From: a virus | Direction: 5' to 3' (one strand) | DNA: 64,000 nucleotides | Virus record (IMG/VR): IMGVR_UViG_3300018026_000007 | Location: 1-64,000 of that record | Shown: one piece after another, positions 8,438 to 19,433 of the stretch | Position numbering within the stretch: position 1 is the first letter of the stretch | How the letters are laid out: every line of letters begins with the position of its first letter | Notes under the pieces: generated by a model | Seen by the model: the letters and a program-made list of their open reading frames with translations, nothing else | Told to the model about the DNA's origin: nothing | Database searches by the model: none | Program-made: the position numbers and the translations under genes

Positions 8438-8647
8438 TTATCGTCCCGCCTTGACGCGGACAGTGTTGGACTCGCTGGCGATTCCTGGTGTGCCGTGCGG
8501 GCCGCCCATGTTCAGAACCCAGCCATGGGGTCCGCGCATCACCGCGCGCCCAGTCTTCGCTTTCCATTCCTGCCCATTGCGTCCGATGCCATTGGGAACC
8601 AGGATGGTCACTTTGTCGCCGTGCTTGATGGATTCGACTAAGGTCAT
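8438..8647 (-). CDS. Hypothetical protein
   Basis: Preceded by the conserved GGAGGCAACGCAAATG cassette. Confidence 0.7.
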   Translation of the reverse strand: MTLVESIKHGDKVTILVPNGIGRNGQEWKAKTGRAVMRGPHGWVLNMGGPHGTPGIASESNTVRVKAGR

Positions 8648-8712
8648 TTGCGTTGCCTCCATGACCACAAGGATATCAAACACCTGATTTCGACGCAATA
8701 GTACTAAAGTAC
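8648..8712 (-). promoter_or_regulatory. Repeated promoter cassette with GTAC-TAAA-GTAC (8701-8712)
   Basis: TTGCGT-N17-TATCCT and CATGGAGGCAAC. Confidence 0.75.
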
Positions 8713-9093
8713 CTTTCTGATGGTACCATCGGCACCAGCAACCCAGGTCTCATGCAGGCTCACGACGTAGATCGGCACCTTCATCCTGACCGCCATCCGC
8801 ACGTCTTGTTGGCTGGGCCTCTCATAGCCCGCATCGGGATGCGTGTGTATTACGGCTACGATGTCAGGATCGCAGGCAAAGAACACATCACCACGCACAC
8901 CGCTGGTAAAGTCGGTCGAGTCGCGGCGCACCAGAAGCGCGGACTCGAATGGTAGATGCTTGACGAATGTGTCCTGGTAGATTGCCTTGATTGAATTCGC
9001 GACATCGTAGCGCGCCAGGACCGCATCGGATGGCGCGGCGCGCAGAGAGACAGCGAACAATAGGATCGCGAGAGTTGTGCATATAAGTCGCAT
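8704..9093 (-). CDS. JAB/MPN (JAMM) metalloprotease-like protein with signal peptide
   Basis: E...HTHP-x5-PS-x2-D motif; N-terminal MRLICTTLAILLFAVSLRA. Confidence 0.7.
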   Translation of the reverse strand: MRLICTTLAILLFAVSLRAAPSDAVLARYDVANSIKAIYQDTFVKHLPFESALLVRRDSTDFTSGVRGDVFFACDPDIVAVIHTHPDAGYERPSQQDVRMAVRMKVPIYVVSLHETWVAGADGTIRKVL

Positions 9094-9097
9094 TGGG

Positions 9098-9922
9098 TTA
9101 TGCTCCCAGGAGACGACTCGCGCGTCCCGTAGTCGCCCCAAAGCGGTTTGGCGAGAGATTCACGGCATTCCCAGTGCGCTGGCCTGCGGCAAATCCGTCT
9201 AGATTTCCTCCGCTTGCACTTACGCCGCGCGACTGGCGCGTTTTCCCTTTCAAGAACTCTTCGACTGCGAGCGCATCGCGCTTGATGTGGACGATGGCGT
9301 TTGATGATATCGCAGCTTGTGCCTTCAGGGTCTCTTCGTATCTCGCCAGCAATCGGGTCGCAATGGCTTCGCCAAAACCAGTTTTCCATGACTCGCGGTA
9401 GTCCTTCATCCAGCGAGCGAACGCGGCTTTTGCCCAGGTTGGGATATTCCAATCGGAAATGCTATTGCGGACATTGAATTTTAGAGTCTGGATTTCGCGA
9501 TTTTCGCGCACCGCTTTGCTCACCAATTCTTCGCCCAACTCCACAAGGTAGAGATACAGGATTTTGGCAAGCTGACGATCAGAAGTGCGTCCGACAAAGA
9601 AGAATGCGGTGCCGCGAGACGCGGAGTTATTCACGACATCGCAGGAATTAACTTTTGCGACGGCTTTGGCAATGCGCACACGCCAGTAAACTTTTGTGCG
9701 GGAACCGCCGCCATTGATTTCGTGACCGTCCACACGCTCCCAGTCGATGGGCTCGCCGTCTTCGCGTGCTTGAAAGTCCACTTCGGACATCTCCAGCTTA
9801 TGCGCGGTCAGCAGGTCCTGAACTTTGGCCGCGAATGCTTCAGCTTCGGCGAGATTGCCGATAGACCGAGCACTGCGCTCATGCGCGATCAGCTTGCGGA
9901 GTTTTTCAATGATTGGGTTCAT
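9098..9922 (-). CDS. DUF2786-domain protein
   Basis: IIEKLRKLIA...EAEAFAAKVQDLLTAHKL N-terminus; start set by the promoter cassette. Confidence 0.8.
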   Translation of the reverse strand: MNPIIEKLRKLIAHERSARSIGNLAEAEAFAAKVQDLLTAHKLEMSEVDFQAREDGEPIDWERVDGHEINGGGSRTKVYWRVRIAKAVAKVNSCDVVNNSASRGTAFFFVGRTSDRQLAKILYLYLVELGEELVSKAVRENREIQTLKFNVRNSISDWNIPTWAKAAFARWMKDYRESWKTGFGEAIATRLLARYEETLKAQAAISSNAIVHIKRDALAVEEFLKGKTRQSRGVSASGGNLDGFAAGQRTGNAVNLSPNRFGATTGRASRLLGA

Positions 9923-10030
9923 GTGCGTTGCCTCCATGCTCGAAGGATACCAAAAGCCGCGCAGGATTGCAATAGTACGAAAGTACTGGTACGAATTTTC
10001 TTGACAGAATGGGAAAGCATGATAGAGTGA
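9923..10030. promoter_or_regulatory. Divergent promoters with GTAC-GAAA-GTAC operator (9975-9986)
   Basis: Minus TTGCAA..TATCCT; plus TTGACA 10001-10006 and TAGAGT 10023-10028. Confidence 0.75.
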
Positions 10031-10034
10031 TTGC

Positions 10035-10181
10035 GTGAGTGAATCGCGCGGACCTTTCTGGTCTTGCCCGAAGTGCAAGACAACTTTGGTGACACACGAT
10101 CCCCCAAGCAAGTCGGGGTATTGTACGCGCTGCGAAAAGCTGATTGATCTGGAGACCTGCAAGAAGCGAGAGACTCTATGA
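10035..10181 (+). CDS. 48-aa zinc-ribbon protein (not in ORF track)
   Basis: MSESRGPFWSCPKC...CTRC; GTG 6 nt after the -10; ATGA overlap with the next ORF. Confidence 0.6.
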   Translation: MSESRGPFWSCPKCKTTLVTHDPPSKSGYCTRCEKLIDLETCKKRETL

Positions 10182-10428
10182 AGACGCACGATCCGAGAGA
10201 CCGCATGCGAGCACGCGCCAGAGATTTCGACGGATGTGATATTGAATTCGGTCACGAGCCCGCGCATTTTTTCTCCAAGGTTGTGCGCGAACATCTGCCG
10301 CCCGCGCGTAATTGCGGCGCAAACTCGCAGACAAATCGGCGGACACAAATCAAGACTTTTCCTGCTATAAGTGTAGGCTAACACAGGGATTTAGCGGCAA
10401 AATCGAACCAGACATCGGAGCGGACACA

Positions 10429-10758
10429 ATGACATCGGAAGACCAACTAGGGCTTTTCATTATCGTCATGAACCTGGCAGTCCTGGGTCAATTCTTGGAC
10501 ATCTGGACGACCGCCGTCGCCCTGGCGCACGGGCTGCAGGAAGGCAATCCAATCGCTGCGAAGATCATGGCTAAGATTGGCACCCTCGGCTTCGGACTCA
10601 TCAAAGTTCTTGCCCTGCCCGCCGTTTGTGTTCTCCTGGCAATCACGCAAGGCTGGACCCTGGGCATCATCGTGGCGTCCATTGTTGCGGGTACTGGTTT
10701 CCTGGCGGGCATCCCAAACTATCGGCTGCTCAAGAGCAAAGGCATTCGGCTGCTGTAG
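10429..10758 (+). CDS. DUF5658-like membrane protein
   Basis: LDIWTT...G..EGNP motif with several hydrophobic helices; follows the GACTTT motif at 10354. Confidence 0.65.
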   Translation: MTSEDQLGLFIIVMNLAVLGQFLDIWTTAVALAHGLQEGNPIAAKIMAKIGTLGFGLIKVLALPAVCVLLAITQGWTLGIIVASIVAGTGFLAGIPNYRLLKSKGIRLL

Positions 10759-11101
10759 GCGCGATATGATGACCCTGATTACAGACTTGCGGAAACTGGC
10801 TGCCCAATGGCGTGACCAGACCTGTCTCAACTACGATGGATCGCTGGACAAATGCTGCGGCCACCGAGACTGCGGCACTGCCCGCCGATGTGCAGATGGT
10901 ATTGAGCGGTTGGTCGGCAAAGTAGTCGGAACCGCATTGAATCAATCGAAACGGGGCGACTAAAATGCGAGATCGAATTTTGCTGTGGGTGTTGGTGGCT
11001 ATCATCGTCGGCCAGGCTTGGATGTATAGACAGCAGAGCAAAGTTGTCGCATACCAGCGGGCAGTAATTGTCGTGTTGGCGCGCGACCTGGGATTGATCC
11101 A

Positions 11102-11284
11102 ATGACAAACACAGAATTTGAAAAGCTGATTCGAAGCACACTAGATCAATGCGATCTAGCCGATCTGGCCGACTTCTTGGGAGTTAGCAAGCCGACCATA
11201 GAGCGATGGAGCCGAGGGCAGAATCTGCTGTGCATGAGCCTGCGGGTTCCAATTGTCGCAGCAATAGGGGTGTTTCTGCTATGA
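11102..11284 (+). CDS. XRE/Cro-like helix-turn-helix protein
   Basis: LADLADFLGVSKPTIERWSRG. Confidence 0.75.
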   Translation: MTNTEFEKLIRSTLDQCDLADLADFLGVSKPTIERWSRGQNLLCMSLRVPIVAAIGVFLL

Positions 11285-12482
11285 CTTGGCAAGCACTGAC
11301 AATCGCGATGGTTGGCTTGGGCGCGGGACTCTGCCTGGGCGTTTATCTCGGCATCTGGCTAGAGACCTGGGCATTAGTCACCAAGTTGAAAGACGCTGAT
11401 CGGCTAGATGATTTCCTGGACATCTTGGATTCGATAAAGGACAAGTGATGACGATTCAAATTACCGATGGGCCAAGTTTACTGGACCCGCTTGGGATCGC
11501 TCCAATTCATGTGTTAGGGGCCCTGCCTGGCAATCGGCGAGTAGTTGTGCTGACCGCTAGGACGTGGCGAGTCCGACTGGCCATCTGGTTGTTGCGGGCG
11601 TATGTTAATACGGCAATTGCGAGCGCAAAGTGAGTACAAGCGCATATCTGCGCGGGGTGCCGCCAGGAATAGAAATCTGGGAGCGCATTGGCTTTCGCGG
11701 ACAAGAAGCCGTTTCATGGGAACAATCATTCGACCTTGGCAACCTGGACAGCGACTGAGTACAACGATGCCTGTCTACGTGGGCAGCAGAATCGATTGGA
11801 GAATCCGCCAGTCGAAGACGCGATCTACCTTGCTCGGGTAGCATGGTGTCATCTTCTGCAGTATGGCTTTCCGATACAGTCTGGCGCGCCACGAACGGCT
11901 GCGCTCGGAGGGGCGGATGGACACGCAACACGAACTGAGCATTCTGACTAATGACGGCTGGGTGATTACGCTTCTTGCGGACCAGCCGCTGAGTTTCGAC
12001 GACGCCGTGATATCGTCCATAATTGTCCAGCCGAAGGAAGACTATGCCAAAGGACTCGGGCAGCGTGGCTTTGGACGGCAACGCAGGATGTACCGACTGA
12101 ACCGCAGGGGCGTGGTGGTCTACCAGGATGGAGACGAAATATCGCTGTGAACGCGGCGCGCGGTCGGCACTTCAGATGGGCTGCAGGGCTATTCCAGATG
12201 TGCATCATTCCAAACAACAAACGGGGGGCAACAGTGATCTTTCAGTCCTGCCCGCGATCCAGTAGAGAGAAGGGAGACATACAGACAATGGTAGAGAAGA
12301 TATGGGATGACGATCTTACAGCGGCAGAACGAACGCTATTGTTGCTGGCCGCGTATAAAGGCGAAGCTCGCCGTCTTCAAGGTTATGAGGCAGGAGTATT
12401 GTGGTATCGGCTGCCGTCCGATCTTCGGCGAGCTTTGCGAAACGTGAACTGGGCCATGGTGCTGGATCGCAACGTCGGATGA
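11281..12482 (+). other. Run of small coupled hypothetical genes
   Basis: ATGA/GTGA overlaps and short ORFs; no recognisable motifs. Confidence 0.5.
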
Positions 12483-12711
12483 CTGCGACCCTCGCGTCGG
12501 GTGATTGCGCTCGTCAAATCACGCTGGGGTTCCTCGACGGCAGTCGGTGACAGGTAGGTAGATTTTACGCGAATCGAGTGACGGCAGTTCGGCACTTCGC
12601 GAGCCAAATTTTGGTTGGTGCCGACATTTCGGCACTTCCAAATATGGAATATTCTATGATTTTGCGGATTTGATACAATTTCCCATATATTTGATTCGAA
12701 AGGGAACAACC

Positions 12712-12816
12712 ATGACAGTCTGCAGACAGCCAGTCGAGAAGTTGCAGTTGATTCGAGTCGGCACGAAGGTGTATTTGTGCCGCGGCTGCGGTCAGAAGAT
12801 CGTGCGCATCCGCTAA
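12712..12816 (+). CDS. 34-aa Cys-containing peptide (not in ORF track)
   Basis: AAGGGA RBS; MTVCRQPVEKLQLIRVGTKVYLCRGCGQKIVRIR. Confidence 0.45.
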   Translation: MTVCRQPVEKLQLIRVGTKVYLCRGCGQKIVRIR

Positions 12817-13205
12817 GTCCAACACCGCCATTACATTATTCGGAATCAGTATTTTGGCATAGTCGCGGCGTGTGTGCTAAGTCGTTTGGATTGATGCGAT
12901 GCGCACGCCGCCCGCGCCTGGGCTCGTGATTGGAATGCGATTACTCTGCGCGCCCCGCGCGTCCTGTTGATAACACAAGAGTTAAAAGTATTCTGCGCGT
13001 TTGGCACGCGACGTGTTGTGGTCATCGGCGTGCGGGGCAGCAAGTAGGGGTCCCTTTGAAAACTGATTTTGTAACTTTTCTACCCCGTCAACGTCTCCTG
13101 CTACGCAGAGCTTGATTACCCCCCTATGACTTGTTCCGTTAATGTTGGTTACACATTTTCCTTGACAAATAAAACGGGTTCTGGCAATATGGGTCCCATA
13201 AGCCG

Positions 13206-14579
13206 ATGAGTACTATAGCCAGAGAAATTACCCCAGGTCTCCAAAACCCCGACATGCCTCCAGGTATGCGTAAGACCCGTGTTCTACAGCCTGCGCCAAA
13301 TTATATGAGGCCGAATGGGTATGAGATTAAGGATTTGACTGGCATGGTGTTTGGTCGGCTTACGGCACTCAGATATGAGGGGCGAAGTGATAACGGCAAA
13401 GCTCTTTGGATTTGTCGGTGCTCGTGTGATGGGAACGAGCGCGCGTACCTGGGTCTTCGGATTCGTTCTGGTCATACTACCAGTTGCGGGTGCTATCGGC
13501 AAGAAGTGATGAGAATACGGCAACAAACTCAAGCGGAAATTGGGGCATTAGCAAGAGCCCGCAAGGCAGTCGCGAAATCCAACCAGCCCCTGCTCCGAAA
13601 TCCCGTCGCAATTTATGAATTGACTGATCCCCGAGGGTTGCCGTGGGTTTATGTAGGGGCGTCGGAACATCCCGTCTCTCGGTACAGCAGTCACTGCACG
13701 TCTTCGTCGGCGACGAATTTGAAGATGCAGCGGTGGATTACTGAACTACGAGAGGCGGATTTGAGACCTAATTTTCGGGTTCGGGGTTGGGTGGAGCGAG
13801 AGGCTGCAGGTGATATGGAGTTGCAGGCGATTGCAGAAGCGCGCAGGCAGTTCAAACGCTATTGTCTTAACACAAAGAGAAGTCCTGCATACGGTCGTGT
13901 TCATGAATCAAAGGAGGCACCAAAATCCCCAAAGCCTACATATGGTGTTTGTCGGACAATGGAATGTATCCAGGTAGCTACACATAGCACAGGCTGGTGC
14001 GACTCCTGTTATCGTCTGCGCGAAGCCGTGCGGGATGAAGCGAAAAGACAGGCAGGAAATCCGACCATTGCTCCGCGCGGTAAGGGGACAGGGCTATGTC
14101 ATGATTGTCGGGACCCTATTCCCTTTAATACAAGCCGCTGCGTGAATTGTCGTCGGGATATGGGGGTCCTCGTCTGCCGACCATGCGGGATATGCGGGCG
14201 AGATTTCAAACCATATAGTACACACCCTAATGAAGTATGCTCGGACGCCTGCCGTGAACAACGGAAGAACCCGCTAGGTTTGACGATCCAAGAACGGCGA
14301 AGGATCGGCGCAAAGAAAGCAGCAAAAACTCAGAAAGCCCGAGGTAGTGGTCTCTATAGTCTGTCCTCCGAACAGCGGTCAGCTAATGCAATTAAAGCAA
14401 TAGAACACCAAAGAGAGACTGGTACTGGTTTTTTCGGGCATACAAAAGAACAAAAGGCTGTTTTCGGAAGAAAGGGAGGCATGAGCCGTCAAGCATCAAT
14501 GACGCCCGAGCAAAGGAAATATCTATCACAAAAAGCTCGTGCCTCTCAAATCCATCATTGCAACCAATACTCTACTTAA
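13206..14579 (+). CDS. GIY-YIG homing-endonuclease-like protein with accessory Zn/DNA-binding modules
   Basis: DLTGMVFGRLT...W.C.C.C...SCGC module; IYELTDP...YVGAS...R...H; several CxxC; GRKGG tail. Confidence 0.7.
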   Translation: MSTIAREITPGLQNPDMPPGMRKTRVLQPAPNYMRPNGYEIKDLTGMVFGRLTALRYEGRSDNGKALWICRCSCDGNERAYLGLRIRSGHTTSCGCYRQEVMRIRQQTQAEIGALARARKAVAKSNQPLLRNPVAIYELTDPRGLPWVYVGASEHPVSRYSSHCTSSSATNLKMQRWITELREADLRPNFRVRGWVEREAAGDMELQAIAEARRQFKRYCLNTKRSPAYGRVHESKEAPKSPKPTYGVCRTMECIQVATHSTGWCDSCYRLREAVRDEAKRQAGNPTIAPRGKGTGLCHDCRDPIPFNTSRCVNCRRDMGVLVCRPCGICGRDFKPYSTHPNEVCSDACREQRKNPLGLTIQERRRIGAKKAAKTQKARGSGLYSLSSEQRSANAIKAIEHQRETGTGFFGHTKEQKAVFGRKGGMSRQASMTPEQRKYLSQKARASQIHHCNQYST

Positions 14580-14632
14580 TGTCTGTTACGAATTTCCTTG
14601 ACAAGTTTTCCCGACTCTGGTAATCTCCGCAT

Positions 14633-17600
14633 ATGCTATTTCACCGATGCGACCGACTGTTCTACACGCGGCAGCAAGCGGCGTATCATTTGCATGCGTT
14701 GCATCCTCTGCAGTGTATCAGCGGCTGGCGCGCCGCCACCGAGAAAGAGTACGCTCAGGCACCAGAGCAAGCACTAGAAACCCCGAGTACCTTGGGGAAG
14801 CCTACTACAGAGGAGAAATCGTAATGGGTGACGGATTACAGCGCGCATGGGCCGCGACGCATGGCGTCAAGATCGGCCAGCTTTGGCAGGACAACGATCC
14901 TCGGTACAAGAAGGTTCGAACCCTACGAATCGATGAACTGTGGGTGAATAGTCGCGGAGAGCTTCGAGCCCGCTGCCATGTCTTGGAAACGGGCCGCGCG
15001 GCATTCATTGCTGTCCGCCGATTCAAGCCGACTAGCACGGGGTATCGTCTCGTGAAGGAAGCCCCGCCGTTGTGGCCTCTGGTCGAAGAGACGCTCCCGA
15101 AGGTATTCTAGACGAGTTACTGGGTTCGAATCCCAGCAATGTGGAGCCCCAGCATTGATGACCCAACTGGTGGTTGGGCGCGGCGGTTTGAGTCCGCCAG
15201 GGGCATAAAATTTCAGGAGGTGTCGTAATGGCACAATGGTCTGAAACACGAATCCAAGCGGAGAAGGCTCTGAAGGCAGAGTCCCAGAAGAAACGGCTGG
15301 CATTGATTCTCGCCGAGCGCGCCAAGTTGTTCAAACAATTTCGGGACGGCGGCTGGCAGATCAAGGTATTGAATCCCATCATGCGAGAGTTTGCAGTCCT
15401 GCCCGATGACTTTCCGACAGATGATCCCGACTATCTGGTCAAGATGCCAGGGGCCCATCCCATGCGTATCAGGACCGAAGCCCAGCTTCGTCGGCCGGTG
15501 AAAGGGGTGGTGGCGTGATAGACTACGACAAGACCGCACTTGAGCGGGCAGCCGCCAAGCGGACGCAAAAGAATCTGACCAGGGTTTTGAACTCATTCCT
15601 GGGCGGCTTCAAGTACTCGCCCGCGACTCAATCCCATCCAGACGGCCCGACCAGCACTCGGGGCGAACGGCGGCGCGCGAAGTTGGGGCGAACATGAAGT
15701 GGCAAGCGATGGTTCAACCAATCGGCATATTTCAGGTTCTCGTATTGGTGATTCGGGGCGGCGCATGGGTTTACGAGTACCAACCGATGATGCTGTACCG
15801 CGCCGTCAACGTGCTGGTGAAGGCATGAAGATCGTCGGCATCATGATTGCGCTGGCTCTGTTCGCCGAACTGGCTGGTGAGATCGGCGGCGACTGGGCGG
15901 CGATGGCTGCTCTGTTGTTCGGGGCTGGGATTATTTCCTGGCTCCGCATTCGAAGGGACTCAAGGTGGGGACGATGAGAGAACTGATTGACATCCTGACG
16001 AGCTACGAAGGCGCACTGCAGGACGTTGAAGAAGATCGCTCGGACGAGAATCTCGAAGCTCTGAAGAACGCTCGCGCCGAGTTGTTGGAAGTTCTGCAGG
16101 TCGCCCGCGAGTGGGAGAAGGCAAAATCATGAAATCTATTCCAATTGCGGCAGCAAAACAGATCGCAGAACGCTATGGATACGACCAGGTGATTATCATC
16201 GCCCGCGCTGTCGGCCAGGGCGAGCATGTTACGACGTACGGCAAAGACAAAGCCAACTGCGACGTGGCAGCCCGCATCGGTGATTTCCTGAAATACAAAG
16301 TCATGGGTTGGGTGAAAGACCATTAGAGAGGAATCATGAGCACTGTTCTAAAACCTTGGGTCGAAAACATTCCGTGGAAGCAACAGTCCATTCTGTTCTC
16401 GGGGCTGCGCGGACCCGACAATCAATTCTGCAAGCACATCAAAGCGGTCGGACGCTGGATGCGCTCAGTCTCACAAAACAACGCCGACCCGTCGAAAGAC
16501 TACATGCGGAACGATCCGCTGCCGATATTCGCCGACTTGGACAAGGAACTGGAAAACCAGCCCGCGCATTTCGTCCACCACTTCGCCAGCGCCCTGCGCG
16601 TGATTGCAATTCATCATCCTCAACTCAAAGTACGATCCTATGCTCAGTCGATTCACGACCAGATCGCTATCGAGTTGTTTCACTTCAAACCAGAATCTGA
16701 TTCTGAGTTTTTGTATCGGCACCGAGACAAAGTCGAGCACGACTAGGAGGAACCATGGAGCGAGCAGTCTACAACGAAGAACTCGGGCAGTGGCACCGCG
16801 AAGGCGAGCATCCGTTTGAGGGCGTGACGGCGACTTCGTATCCCGAAGCATTCGAGAAATTGTTCGGGCATCCCGTGCCAATCCCGCCGCCCGTGCGGGA
16901 GCCGCGCAGAAGTCAGGAGGCGTTATGACATCCGAAGAAATCCGAAACATGCACATGGATAATGTGTCAGACGATGGGTTTGAAATAGGTCTAAGGCTGC
17001 AAGAAATCGCATACCAGCTTGCTCTACTCAACGAGACCATCCTACCAATTCTGCAGGAAGAGGCCGCTCAAACTAAGAAGTGGCGAGCCGACCAAGCTGC
17101 CTTCATGAATCGAGACCGAAAATGAAAACCGCAATCTACATCGAAGATGGGCGCACACAATTTGTGTTGACGCCCGAGACCGAGATCGACAAGAAGGTGC
17201 TCACCGAACTTGAGAGCACAAAACTCAAAACGTATCGCGGTCAGTTCTATTCCTGCAAGGGCGGCTGGACCCGATGGGATAATTCGTTCGGGGTGAACAT
17301 CGTCGGGCATGATACAAACATTGACCACAGTCTGATCTTCGTGATTGACAAAGAAACCCCAGGGGCAGAACAGTCATGAGCCGCTTCGAGCAAGTGTTGG
17401 ATGAAGCTGCTGAAAAAGTCGCGTTGATGAAAGAAGTTCGATCACTGACGCCAGAGCAAATCAGGCGAGCTACCGAGATTTTGCGCCTGTTGAAAGCGGG
17501 ACGGCACGTCATCTCGCATGCGCCGAATCACGCGGCCTGGTGCCCCGTCAGCAATGGATGTTGTGAATGCGGATTGGAGAATGTATGATTCAAGAAACTT

Positions 17601-19424
17601 TCGGCATGCTGTTGCGCAATCGCGCGCACTGGGAATTCGAACTGTTCCTGATGCTGCTGTTCGATGGACTGATCGCGGGGATACTCATCCCGCTCGGCCA
17701 CAAGCACTGGAAGCATCATCTTGCCCGCGACGAGCGCGAACGCTGGGCGGGTATAGGGTTATCACATGTTCAAGACCAGATTGCAGCCGAACAAAATGGC
17801 GTCGATCCATTGCCGCCGCTTTGGTCGATGGCGTATCCCAGCCACGTCGCAATCCCAGAGTGTGGCGAGGCGCAAACTCGCGTAGGTTGGTGGTGTACTC
17901 GGGAGATTGGACACGAAGGACCCTGCGCGGCTATCTCGTTTTTGGATTGGGCGGCGCGGAACGGAAGAAACCCCGCCCCCGAGATTTGTACTGGCTGCCA
18001 TGGCACATTCGCATCGGTGTCGGAGTACATCGAGCGTTGTACTGGTTGCGGCCAGGTTCGACAAATGTCGCTGGACGGGACATGGTTCTACTGGGGTGGT
18101 GAAAACCCCGCAAAAAACCATGACGAAACCCTGACCCCGTCCTGAAATCGCATTACAGGTTTTTGACTTTTTATTCTAAAGGTAGGAGCACTCACATGAG
18201 CATGTGGCAGAAGTTCATCCGCTGGTGGAACTGCGAAGACGAGATAGACCTATTGCTGTCGCAGTACGTCCAAGCCCAGCGAAATTTCAACCAGAGCCAG
18301 TTTTTGCTTGAGTCCGCGCCGATGATTGATGCGCCGCTGAGTCCAGTGGATGCGTGTTCGCGATTTGCAGCCATCCGATCCAAGTACGGGTTTATTCATC
18401 CCGCGACAATGAGCAAATACATGGGCTGGATATCGAGAGACGATCATGCCATTTTTCCTGGATCGCCAACCAAGTGGCTCTTGACACCGCTGATGCCAGA
18501 GAATCGGATTCTGATGACACCCATGCCGATGCCGTTTCTGAACGCGGCGAAGAAGTAGCCATGATCGGAACCGACATACTGCAGTGGCGGGGCCCCATTA
18601 CCGTGAGTCGGCGCGCCGATTCTGATGCGATCCCGACGTTACATGAAGTCGATATGCCGTCGAATTGGTTCTACTGGGAACGTCTGATTTTAATTGAGGC
18701 GTTAGAGCGGTGGTTGGAGTCGCTGGAGGCTATCCTATGAGCATCCCACGAATCTTTGTTACTGGCACTCGATTTCGGATCACAGAGCACCCAGGATATC
18801 TCAAAGCGCATCTCAATGGCTGGATGGGCTGGACTTCAGTCTGGGCAACGACAGGCGAAGCCCTGGTGCGACGCATCAAGCAGATCAGGAGTGGCGGCCA
18901 ATGAAAATCAAGAAATACGGCATCGTCATTTTGACGGAAGGTCCCGTGCGCATCGAAGGCTGGCAGGTGGAGTCCGAGCCGAGCGACCCGCCCGATGCAA
19001 AACCTGAGCAACTACTGACTGCGCTTGCCATCGATTGGGCGAAAGCGCGATTGACGGCGGCAACCAACCAAGCGATTCAAGACGCGGTGAAAGAACGCCA
19101 TCGCCAAATACTGGCGGGCTCGATGCCGAAGCTAGTGCAATGAAGTACATCATTCGGCTGAATCCGCGCGCGTTCAATCCGCTCACGCGGAAGGTCATCG
19201 CCGAGCGATTGTGGGAAGTCGAGCAGTGCGCGACGCGAGATAGCGAGAAAGTGATTTGGCACTGCGCGGACATTCGAATTAACTTGACACCGATCCGCGA
19301 GTTGTATACACTACCGAAACCAGGTGAAAAAGTTTGGGAGTGGGAAGGCTTCGGGATTTGCGTTCGCGGGCAAGACAATGCCGTGGAGATCAAGACAGGA
19401 CCCCACGATGCGTCAGGAAACTAG
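14633..19424 (+). other. Array of about 20 small hypothetical genes
   Basis: Tightly packed ORFs with RBSs and overlaps, e.g. 15228-15518, 16336-16746, 17103-17379, 18195-18558, 18901-19143, 19140-19424; promoter TTGACA 14598/TAATCT 14621. Confidence 0.6.
15120..15205 (+). ncRNA. Isolated T-arm plus D-armless tRNA-like element
   Basis: CTGGG-TTCGAAT-CCCAG; then GCCCC..GGGGC-A, CCCAA-CTGGTGG-TTGGG and GGCGG-TTTGAGT-CCGCC. Confidence 0.45.
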
Positions 19425-19433
19425 GAGAAGATT

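Noticed and set aside
7167-8567. 466-aa TnpB as a Cas12f-like protein with a long N-terminus
   Set aside because: The extension is read-through of upstream phage DNA; the promoter points to a start at 8381 and there is no array.
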